Both the position numbers and the translations under genes were made by a program. Positions 24,598-31,818 of a stretch of DNA of 32,000 nt are shown here, piece by piece (within the stretch, counting starts at the first letter, position 1; each line of letters begins with the position of its first letter). The notes under the pieces were generated by a model that worked only from the letters and a program-made list of their open reading frames with translations, made no database searches and was not told where the DNA came from. The stretch comes from Verrucomicrobiota bacterium (GTDB lineage Bacteria; Verrucomicrobiota; Verrucomicrobiia; Opitutales; LL51), in assembly GCA_021294815.2 (NCBI GenBank), contig CP095464.1, forward strand, positions 360,001-392,000. Reading direction: 5' to 3'.

Positions 24598-25344
24598 ATG
24601 AAGCTTGTCGTCGGACTCGGGAATTATGGAGTCCGGTATCAGGACACACGTCACAATGTTGGTTTCAAGGTTGTCGACGCATTCGTACGAACGTTTGACA
24701 GTGTCGAGTGGAAACACGAGCGTGCGTTGTCGGCATTTATCTTAAAGTCCCCGCCCCCTCACAGTATTCCTGAGCTCGATGCGATTCTACGGACACGCGA
24801 ACTGGAAGAACAAAAGAGACATATCGCTCCCAAAGAGACCGCAAAAAATCCGGATACCCCAGTCGAGTCTGAGAAAATTGTAAAAAAAACCAAAATATTA
24901 CCGCAGGAAGTGCCGTGGATTTTTATGAAATCCGATGGGTTCATGAACCATTCCGGAACACCAGTGGCACGCGTCTGTCATTTTTTCAAGATTTTGACAA
25001 AGGATGTAATTGTGGTTTGCGACGAGCTCACGCTTCCGCTCGGCGACGTTAAGATTACGGATCGCCCAGGAACCGCTGGCCACAACGGTGTCTGCGATAT
25101 TTTAGCAAAAATTGGTCCCGGATTTACCCGATTTCGTGTCGGTATTGGCGCCAAAACGCAACCCAAAATGGATCTCGCAGATTACGTTCTCAGTGGGTTT
25201 AATCCTCAAGAAAACGATCACCTCACCCGTCAATTGTCCGAGATCTGCGCCGATTTAAAGCTACTGCTTGACAAAGATCCTGTAACCGCCATGAACTCCA
25301 TCAACAGGAAAGTATGCAGACAAGATCATATAGAGCTACGATGA
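24598..25344 (+). CDS. pth: Peptidyl-tRNA hydrolase, carrying an internal insertion of about 55 aa
   Basis: MKLVVGLGNYGVRYQDTRHNVGFKVVD, then FMNHSG and DELTLPLGDVKI...GTAGHNG. At 248 aa it exceeds the roughly 190 aa typical of the family. Confidence 0.9.
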   Translation: MKLVVGLGNYGVRYQDTRHNVGFKVVDAFVRTFDSVEWKHERALSAFILKSPPPHSIPELDAILRTRELEEQKRHIAPKETAKNPDTPVESEKIVKKTKILPQEVPWIFMKSDGFMNHSGTPVARVCHFFKILTKDVIVVCDELTLPLGDVKITDRPGTAGHNGVCDILAKIGPGFTRFRVGIGAKTQPKMDLADYVLSGFNPQENDHLTRQLSEICADLKLLLDKDPVTAMNSINRKVCRQDHIELR

Positions 25345-25604
25345 TCCTCGATACGCGTAATTATCAGGATTCTGTCGACGCGCTCGTCGAGGCCATCAAA
25401 GCCAAAATGGTCGAGGCCGGCGCCGATATCCGCGAGGTCGTCAATAAGGGCCAGCTCAAGTTTCAACGTGTTACCGATCGCAAGTTCCCCGCGGGGCTTT
25501 ACTTGCAGGTCTCATTCGATGCACCCACAACGGCTCCAGAAAAGATCCGCTCGAAATTTAGCCTCGACGCGACAATCAATCGCATCCTCATCGAGCACGC
25601 GTAA
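25314..25604 (+). CDS. rpsF: 30S ribosomal protein S6
   Basis: 96 aa. RSYRATMILDTRNYQDS matches the S6 N-terminal strand (R.YE...il). It lies upstream of ssb. An alternative start at 25341 forms an ATGA overlap with the pth stop. Confidence 0.8.
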   Translation: MQTRSYRATMILDTRNYQDSVDALVEAIKAKMVEAGADIREVVNKGQLKFQRVTDRKFPAGLYLQVSFDAPTTAPEKIRSKFSLDATINRILIEHA

Positions 25605-26062
25605 TGGCTTCATTTAATAAAGTTATTCTCTTGGGGAACCTTACGCGCGATCCGGAGGTACGCACATCGGCAAGCGGGACACCAATCTGTAAGTTTGGTC
25701 TTGCGACGAGCCGCGTTAGTCGTGGCAGCGATGGTGAGAGCCGCGAAGAGGTCGTTTTTGTCGATGTCGATGCTTTTGGGAAACAGGCGGAGCTCATTGG
25801 GCGGTATTTTACGAAAGGGCGTCCAATTTTTATCGAGGGTCGACTTCGACTCGATCAGTGGGAATCTCAGGCTGGGGAAAGACGCAGTAAGCTTTGTGTT
25901 GTCCTCGAGAGTTTCCAATTTATCGGTAATCAACGGGACGAGGAAGCCGATGGCGGGTTTGGTGGCCCTAGTGCTAATGAGGCACCGAAAAAGTTTGGAA
26001 TTTCATCAGAAAAATCTCCCGCGAAGAGTGAGGAATTTGTGGACGAAGACGTTCCTTTTTAA
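25604..26062 (+). CDS. ssb: Single-stranded DNA-binding protein
   Basis: 152 aa. OB-fold N-terminus MASFNKVILLGNLTRDPEVR, a Gly-rich linker and the acidic tail EEFVDEDVPF (DDDIPF-type). Confidence 0.93.
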   Translation: MASFNKVILLGNLTRDPEVRTSASGTPICKFGLATSRVSRGSDGESREEVVFVDVDAFGKQAELIGRYFTKGRPIFIEGRLRLDQWESQAGERRSKLCVVLESFQFIGNQRDEEADGGFGGPSANEAPKKFGISSEKSPAKSEEFVDEDVPF

Positions 26063-26074
26063 TTTAGAAAAACG

Positions 26075-26527
26075 ATGGCAAGGTCAGAAATTTTATTGTT
26101 GAAAAAGGTCGCAAATCTGGGGTACGAGGGCGATATCGTCGAGGTTGCTGCGGGTTATGCGCGAAATTATTTGTTGCCACAGGCTCTGGCAATTCCTGTA
26201 ACATCGGCAAACAAAAAGCAGATTGCGGCGCTACAGGTACGGCGTCTGGAGCGTGAGAAGAAAGAACTCGAAGAGGCGCGTGCATTGGCGGAAAAAATTC
26301 GGGAGATTGTCGTTTCGTTTGCCGTCAAGACCGGTGCCAATGGGAAGATGTTCGGCGCGGTCACGGCCTCGGATCTGGCGAAAAAAATCCGTGAGGTTGG
26401 TTTCGAGATCGATCGCCGTAAGATCCAGTTGGATCCGATCAAGCACATTGGCTCAGCATTGGCAAAGATCCGCCTCCATCCCGAGGTTGTGGTCGACTTC
26501 GCATTCGAAGTCACCGCTGAGGCCTAG
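26075..26527 (+). CDS. rplI: 50S ribosomal protein L9
   Basis: 150 aa. MARSEILLLKKVANLGYEGDIVEVAAGYARNYLLPQALA is the canonical L9 N-domain. Confidence 0.93.
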   Translation: MARSEILLLKKVANLGYEGDIVEVAAGYARNYLLPQALAIPVTSANKKQIAALQVRRLEREKKELEEARALAEKIREIVVSFAVKTGANGKMFGAVTASDLAKKIREVGFEIDRRKIQLDPIKHIGSALAKIRLHPEVVVDFAFEVTAEA

Positions 26528-26530
26528 TTT

Positions 26531-26806
26531 GTGGAGCCTCTCGTTTTTATCTTTGTCCTGACGGCCTTTCTGGGATTGGAACTCCTTTCAAGGGTGCCGT
26601 CGCGTCTGCATACACCCCTCATGTCAGGAACCAACGCAATCTCCGGTATTGTTTTATTGGGGACAATCTCCGGCGCTGCACACTCTGAGGGGTTTGTTTT
26701 TGTTCTCTCCCTTTGTGCGCTTTTTCTTTCAATGATCAACGTCGTGGGCGGATACGGGGTTACGCACCGCATGCTCTGTATGTTTCATTCACGGTCGAAT
26801 AGCTAG
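26531..26806 (+). CDS. pntAB: NAD(P) transhydrogenase subunit alpha part 2 (small membrane subunit)
   Basis: 91 aa, GTG start. FIFVLTAFLGLELLSRVPSRLHTPLMSGTNAISGIVLLG is the conserved PntAB motif set. It lies directly upstream of pntB. Confidence 0.85.
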   Translation: MEPLVFIFVLTAFLGLELLSRVPSRLHTPLMSGTNAISGIVLLGTISGAAHSEGFVFVLSLCALFLSMINVVGGYGVTHRMLCMFHSRSNS

Positions 26807-26859
26807 CCCTTACGAAAAAAGTCGACACTTTGGCAGGATGCGCCACCGTTGTGGGTGCT

Positions 26860-28203
26860 ATGTCGTCTGTATCGTTAGCCTACCTTTTAGCGTCCATCTG
26901 CTTTATTCTTGGTACGAAGCTCATGGGCCGTATGGAAACAGCCGTACGAGGCAATCTGTTATCGGCGCTCGGAATGCTAATCGCCGCCATTGCGAGTTGG
27001 GTCGCTGCGGGGGGCCAGCATTTTCAAGCGATTGCCATTGTGGTTGCCATAGGGGGCCTCGTAGGTGGCGTTATGGCTGTTCGCGTTGCAATGACACAGA
27101 TGCCCCAGATGGTTGCCCTTTTTAACGGTTTCGGCGGGCTGGCAAGCTACCTCGTCGGTGCCTGCGAATTACGAACATTTGCATCACTACTTGTTTCTCA
27201 TAGCACTCGGATTGCGACCGTTGCCTCAATCATTATCGGCGGTATTACTTTTTCTGGAAGCATGATTGCCTACCTTAAACTTCGAGGAGGCCCAACCTCT
27301 TGGCTCGATTTTTTGAAAAAAACTTCATGGGCTGCATTACTCCTATCACTCGTCCTTCTCCTTAGCGGATCTCTGGGTGCTGTTGCCGTGTTTTTACTAC
27401 TCCTCCCTCTCTGTCTCGGTATTCTTATAACCATCCGTATTGGTGGCGGAGATATGCCCGTTGTAATCGCGCTGCTCAACAGTCTTTCTGGGCTCGCGGC
27501 ATCAGCAACCGGTTTTATGATCGCCAACAATGCACTGATTATTGCGGGCTGCCTCGTCGGTACCAGTGGGCTCATTTTAACGATCATTATGTGTCGTGCG
27601 ATGAACCGCTCACTGCGATCGGTTTTGTGGGGATCCTTAAAGAAAAATACAAAAATTACCTCAGAGGCATTTGCCGGTGAGCCACGATTGATTTCCCCAG
27701 AAGACGCTTACTATCTTCTCGAAGCCGCGCGTAAGGTTATTTTTGTTCCGGGGTATGGAATGGCGGTTTCGCAGGCCCAATACGCCCTCAAAGAGCTCGC
27801 AGATCTTTTAAAAAATAACGGCGCAACGGTTCAATATGCGATCCATCCCGTAGCGGGCCGTATGCCGGGACACATGAATGTACTGCTTGCCGAGGCCAAC
27901 ATCCCATACGACGATCTTAGCGATCTCGAAACCATCAACCGCGAGATGTCGGAGGTCGATGTCGCCCTTATTATCGGCGCAAATGATGTCGTGAACCCGG
28001 CCGCAATCGAGGATCACAACTCGCCGATTTATGGGATGCCCATTATCGAAGTCAGCCGAGCGCGCAATGTACTCATTCTCAAACGTGGCTCTGGAATGGG
28101 ATTCTCCGGCCTGCCTAACGCGCTTTTTTATAAGCCCAATGCGGCAATGATTTATGGCGACGCCAAGGCAACCTTATCGGCCATCTCAGCAGAATTCAAA
28201 TAG
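26860..28203 (+). CDS. pntB: NAD(P) transhydrogenase subunit beta
   Basis: 447 aa from the ATG at 26860 (the ORF track offers a TTG at 26830). There is an N-terminal multi-TM region and then the NADP(H)-binding domain III motifs (VPGYGMAVSQAQ, YAIHPVAGRMPGHMNVLLAEA, IGANDVVNPAA). Confidence 0.92.
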   Translation: MSSVSLAYLLASICFILGTKLMGRMETAVRGNLLSALGMLIAAIASWVAAGGQHFQAIAIVVAIGGLVGGVMAVRVAMTQMPQMVALFNGFGGLASYLVGACELRTFASLLVSHSTRIATVASIIIGGITFSGSMIAYLKLRGGPTSWLDFLKKTSWAALLLSLVLLLSGSLGAVAVFLLLLPLCLGILITIRIGGGDMPVVIALLNSLSGLAASATGFMIANNALIIAGCLVGTSGLILTIIMCRAMNRSLRSVLWGSLKKNTKITSEAFAGEPRLISPEDAYYLLEAARKVIFVPGYGMAVSQAQYALKELADLLKNNGATVQYAIHPVAGRMPGHMNVLLAEANIPYDDLSDLETINREMSEVDVALIIGANDVVNPAAIEDHNSPIYGMPIIEVSRARNVLILKRGSGMGFSGLPNALFYKPNAAMIYGDAKATLSAISAEFK

Positions 28204-28262
28204 GCTGCAGACAATGAAAAGGCTTGACGACAAACTCCCAATCGCGATCGTTAAGCGGCACT

Positions 28263-28333
28263 GCGGGTATAGTTTAGCGGTAAAACTTTAGCCTTCCAAG
28301 CTAGTGTCGTCGGTTCGATTCCGTCTGCCCGCA
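28263..28333 (+). tRNA. tRNA-Gly (anticodon UCC)
   Basis: Hand-folded cloverleaf. Acceptor GCGGGTA/TGCCCGC, D arm GTTT-AGCGGTA-AAAC, anticodon arm TTAGC-CTTCCAA-GCTAG, T loop TTCGATT with one T-stem mismatch, discriminator A. CCA is not encoded. Confidence 0.8.
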
Positions 28334-28388
28334 CCCGAGGTTGCTGATTTTACTTTTCTCCACTCGGCGGTTGCTTAGAGTGATACGT

Positions 28389-29114
28389 ATGCTGCCCAAT
28401 GCCGACATTTATTGGAATCCTTGGCACGGTTGCCACAAAGTGAGCGAAGGGTGCAAAAATTGCTACGTTTACTTCCTCGATCGCCGTTACGGACGCGATG
28501 CCTCGGTAATTTTTCGAACAAAAACCGTCTTTAATTTACCGGTTGTCCGGACTCGAGAAGGAGTTTTCAAATATCCCAAAGGGACAACGTTTATGACGTG
28601 CTTTAACTCCGATTTCTTTTTGGAAGACGCGGATCCTTGGCGTCCGGAGGCTTGGGATATTATGCGTCAACGTCAGGACTGCGCGTTTTTCCTAATGACC
28701 AAGCGTCCTGAGCGAATCGCCCAAACTTTTCCCAAAGATAGAGAACACTTTCGACATCTCATGATCGGCGTTTCGACGGAGAATCAAGCGGCGGTAGACC
28801 GTCGTCTTCTGGGTTTTCTCGCGGTTGACCTCCCCTATCACGGCATTATGGTGGGCCCTATTTTAGAAGCCGTCGACCTCCGCCCGTACCTCGCAACCAG
28901 AAAGGTCAATCAGGTTACGGTCAGCGGCGAAAGCTATGAAGGTGCCCGTGTTACACATTATGACGATGTCCGCTCAGTTTATCTCCAATGCAAGGAATTT
29001 GATGTGCCTTTCCATTTTCTCCAAACCGGTAATCTCTGGTTTAAAGACGGCGAAATCCGCCATGTCGCACGCGCCAAACAACGTTCCCTTGCCCAAACAA
29101 TCACATTCGAATAG
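28389..29114 (+). CDS. Phage Gp37/Gp68 family protein (DUF5131)
   Basis: 241 aa from the ATG at 28389. The N-terminal signature YWNPWHGCHKVSEGCKNCY matches the family hallmark (WNP..GC...S.GC..CY). It lies 55 nt downstream of tRNA-Gly. Confidence 0.7.
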   Translation: MLPNADIYWNPWHGCHKVSEGCKNCYVYFLDRRYGRDASVIFRTKTVFNLPVVRTREGVFKYPKGTTFMTCFNSDFFLEDADPWRPEAWDIMRQRQDCAFFLMTKRPERIAQTFPKDREHFRHLMIGVSTENQAAVDRRLLGFLAVDLPYHGIMVGPILEAVDLRPYLATRKVNQVTVSGESYEGARVTHYDDVRSVYLQCKEFDVPFHFLQTGNLWFKDGEIRHVARAKQRSLAQTITFE

Positions 29115-29162
29115 TCGCCCCTCTTTTTCGAATTTGGGTGCCTCTGAAAGTAAATAAAATTA

Positions 29163-29200
29163 TAAATATTCTTTAAATTTATTTTTTATTTACTAAAATA
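29163..29200 (+). promoter_or_regulatory. 38-nt AT-rich promoter block, copy 1 (TTTAAA, 16 nt, TAAAAT)
   Basis: taaatattctttaaatttattttttatttactaaaata is identical to 30320-30357. -35 at 29172-29177 and -10 at 29194-29199. 8 nt (accctctc, no SD) precede the ATG at 29208. Confidence 0.45.
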
Positions 29201-29207
29201 CCCTCTC

Positions 29208-30215
29208 ATGGATATGCCAATAAACGATGGGTATAATTACCCTGCGCCACGACAGCATCAAGTTTATCAAGCACCTGCAGCAAAATCAAGCTGGGGTAGC
29301 TACCTTCCTTGGCGTTGGTTCTCAGGAAATTCCGATGCATACAGTGTTCAGGAATCAAGTATTGCTGGTAAACAAAATGCCCCAGATGTTCAACAATACA
29401 CTCCTGCTTCCAAGTCACCTGCAACAAAATCAAGTTGGAGTAGTTACCTTCCTTGGCGCTGGTTCTCAGAGAATTCCGACACATATGATGTGCAGGAACA
29501 GAGCATTGCCGATGTCCCAGACATTTCCGTCGATCAACAATATGATCAAGTTTCTCAGACTTCAATGCAAATGACATATGACGCTAGAGGGCTACCAACG
29601 GATCCATTTGCAAATGGTGCCGATGCGCCATTGAGTTTGATGCAAATTTCAAGCTTTGACGACAGACTCAATGCATATGCAGAGGAATTACTCTTAAAGG
29701 ATTCAAACGACAAAACTCCGGTACTTCAAGCCATTTTTCGCCTCTACAAACAGTACCCCGGAAAAGCTTATGCAATTCATAACGTCTTAAACGATTGGGT
29801 TGGAGACATTATCCCATTGTTGCGCCATGCCTTTACTGGATGCCGGAGATCGCGTATACTTACACAAGACCTCAAAAATCTCCTCCACTCGATTGATACG
29901 CTGCTGTATGTTGTTCAATCCGGAGGAGATGTGTTTAAAACACTCCAAGAAGCTCAAGCTTGTCAGGACCTTGATACGATTGTAACTCGCTCAAGACTTC
30001 TCAGCTATTTTGAAATTTTCATGCAAACCGATGGGGTCGATCTTGAACGCTTCTTCAATAGCATATTTGACCTTTGGGAAGACCTTCATTCTCCGCAGAT
30101 GAAACGTTTGATTAGCCGTATTTTGGATATGGGTAACGGCGCTCACCGCTCAATTAATCCCGTTCGAAATTCGCGGGATCTTTCGGCGATCTACCGCTAT
30201 CGGAGGCCTAATTGA
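29208..30215 (+). CDS. Hypothetical protein, paralog family member 1 (335 aa), with an N-terminal Trp-rich tandem repeat
   Basis: Long ORF. The C-terminal 180 aa or so align by eye with the protein at 30366 (QYP...W...LR.AF..C...R...L..LL..ID..L.V.Q.GG ... SPQM.R). The N-terminal QAPAAKSSW corresponds to VAPAVAKSG in the paralog. Confidence 0.65.
   Translation: MDMPINDGYNYPAPRQHQVYQAPAAKSSWGSYLPWRWFSGNSDAYSVQESSIAGKQNAPDVQQYTPASKSPATKSSWSSYLPWRWFSENSDTYDVQEQSIADVPDISVDQQYDQVSQTSMQMTYDARGLPTDPFANGADAPLSLMQISSFDDRLNAYAEELLLKDSNDKTPVLQAIFRLYKQYPGKAYAIHNVLNDWVGDIIPLLRHAFTGCRRSRILTQDLKNLLHSIDTLLYVVQSGGDVFKTLQEAQACQDLDTIVTRSRLLSYFEIFMQTDGVDLERFFNSIFDLWEDLHSPQMKRLISRILDMGNGAHRSINPVRNSRDLSAIYRYRRPN
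29272..29516 (+). repeat. Intragenic tandem repeat with a 144-nt (48 aa) period, 2 copies
   Basis: cacctgca(g/a)caaaatcaag(c/t)tgg(g/a)gtag(c/t)taccttccttggcg(t/c)tggttctcag... starts at 29272 and again at 29416. The protein units are PAAKSSWGSYLPWRWFSGNSDAYSVQESSIA and PATKSSWSSYLPWRWFSENSDTYDVQEQSIA. Confidence 0.85.
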
Positions 30216-30242
30216 TCATCCGAACAACACAGGACCGACACT

Positions 30243-30272
30243 CGCGCGCCTCCTGGCGCGTGTATTGTTTTC
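30243..30272 (+). terminator. Rho-independent terminator-like hairpin after paralog 1
   Basis: Stem cgcgcgcc / ggcgcgtg (8 bp, one G:T pair) with the loop tcct, followed by tattgttttc. Confidence 0.5.
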
Positions 30273-30319
30273 AGAAGAATATCTGCATTTTGCTATTTAA
30301 AAATTTTACATAAGAATTT

Positions 30320-30357
30320 TAAATATTCTTTAAATTTATTTTTTATTTACTAAAATA
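30320..30357 (+). promoter_or_regulatory. 38-nt AT-rich promoter block, copy 2 (TTTAAA, 16 nt, TAAAAT)
   Basis: Identical to 29163-29200. -35 at 30329-30334 and -10 at 30351-30356. 9 nt (agcaatatc, no SD) precede the ATG at 30366. Confidence 0.45.
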
Positions 30358-30365
30358 GCAATATC

Positions 30366-31112
30366 ATGGATTTGGATACAACTTTCTCGAGCTACGCAAA
30401 TCACACGCCACAAGTCGCCCCTGCTGTGGCAAAAAGCGGTGATTTCACGCAAAAAATTTCAAAAATCGAATCTCCTAAACTGGAACTTGTCAACCTTTCA
30501 GCTCCGCTTTTTAAGCGCTTCAGAGCGGATTCTAAAAAGAACCGCATCGTCAGGGCATTGCTCAACCTCTGTAGGCAATACCCTCAACTGGTTCCCGTAA
30601 TTCTCGGAATACTTGACCAGTGGACAGATTCTGTCGCCGGAAATCTGAGGGACGCCTTTGTACGTTGTCTTAAAATTCGGGCGATCTCCAAGGAACTTTT
30701 TGACCTTCTTTTAGCCATTGATCACATCCTAGAGGTTTGTCAGCAAGGTGGTCCTCTCGCCGAGGCACTGCGTGCGGGTTACACCTATCGAATATTAAAC
30801 AATCTCGTCGGCGATAATGGCCTTTCCAACGGTAACCTTGTGGTTGGGCGTTTTCAAGAACTTTTAGCCGTAGCGAGCCGTTATAGACGAGAAAACGTTG
30901 TCCTCAAAATCGTTAGGTACTTGAGGAAGCTATGTAAGTCGCCTCAAATGATTCGTATCGCCGACGATGTGCTCTACATCGGCAAATCTCCCAGAATGAA
31001 CGTTGAAAAGAGGACGCATCAACCGATACGTTCCACAAAACCCGCCTATAGACCAACATCACAGCGTTCCCGTGGGGTTTCCATTGTCCAATATGGGCGC
31101 CAATCTAACTGA
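30366..31112 (+). CDS. Hypothetical protein, paralog family member 2 (248 aa)
   Basis: Homologous by eye to the C-terminal two thirds of the 29208 protein. It has the same promoter block and also starts with MD. Confidence 0.65.
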   Translation: MDLDTTFSSYANHTPQVAPAVAKSGDFTQKISKIESPKLELVNLSAPLFKRFRADSKKNRIVRALLNLCRQYPQLVPVILGILDQWTDSVAGNLRDAFVRCLKIRAISKELFDLLLAIDHILEVCQQGGPLAEALRAGYTYRILNNLVGDNGLSNGNLVVGRFQELLAVASRYRRENVVLKIVRYLRKLCKSPQMIRIADDVLYIGKSPRMNVEKRTHQPIRSTKPAYRPTSQRSRGVSIVQYGRQSN

Positions 31113-31168
31113 AACACAATTTACACCTTAACAATTAACAAATTATATTATGTTTGACATCGATTTTA

Positions 31169-31750
31169 ATGGTTTATATGGGCAGTAAGTACGCGGAAGC
31201 CCGAAAGGCAGTTACACGCTGGAGAACCACATCTGAAACGATCCAAGCTGGGAACTACACATTTATTGTGACGACACGCCCCGCATCTGAAAGTTTTTGG
31301 AATTCACAAAAAAAGGTGCTTGTGAGCCTAGAGCCGTTAGAGGACGTTTCGTCACCCGTGGCCCTTGCGTTTAGGGATCGCTGGATCGTTGCGAAGTTGC
31401 TCAAAAAAAATCCGGCCCTGTTAAACACAATTTTACAGCTTATCGATTCCATCGACTTCCATTGCTTAACACCTAATGATTTGGGTACGCTCAAGCAACT
31501 GGACAGGATCTATAGCCATTGGAAAATGCCGAAAGAACTCAAAGAATCGCTACGCGAGCACGCTGTCACGGAGATATTGCAAAACCAAAACGCGCTCAAA
31601 TCGGTCTTTGCTTGCATGGATTCTATCAACCCTGCCCATCTGCAAAAGAGAAATAAATGGGCAATGGAACAATTGAGAAAAATTGCCCACAACCCGCAAA
31701 TACCTCTTGCAATCGAGTCGAGGAGACAATCCTTGAGGGAGTCTACGTAG
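31169..31750 (+). CDS. Hypothetical protein, probable distant third member of the paralog family
   Basis: 193 aa from the ATG at 31169 (the ORF track starts at the TTG at 31154). DRWIVAKLLKKNPALLNTILQLIDSI resembles NRIVRALLNLCRQYPQLVPVILGILDQW, and NPQIPLAIE resembles SPQMIRIAD. The similarity is weak. Confidence 0.5.
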   Translation: MVYMGSKYAEARKAVTRWRTTSETIQAGNYTFIVTTRPASESFWNSQKKVLVSLEPLEDVSSPVALAFRDRWIVAKLLKKNPALLNTILQLIDSIDFHCLTPNDLGTLKQLDRIYSHWKMPKELKESLREHAVTEILQNQNALKSVFACMDSINPAHLQKRNKWAMEQLRKIAHNPQIPLAIESRRQSLREST

Positions 31751-31818
31751 TCGTTAGAGAGATCGGTAATCGCGCGGTAGGATATTTATATGCAATACCA
31801 AGGAGCATTACGGATAAG

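Noticed and set aside
29206-29577. 123 aa minus-strand ORF and 115 aa alternative-frame plus ORF over the start of paralog 1, both showing internal repeats
   Set aside because: Their apparent repeat structure is simply the 144-nt tandem DNA repeat read in other frames. The 335 aa frame is continuous and homologous to the next gene.
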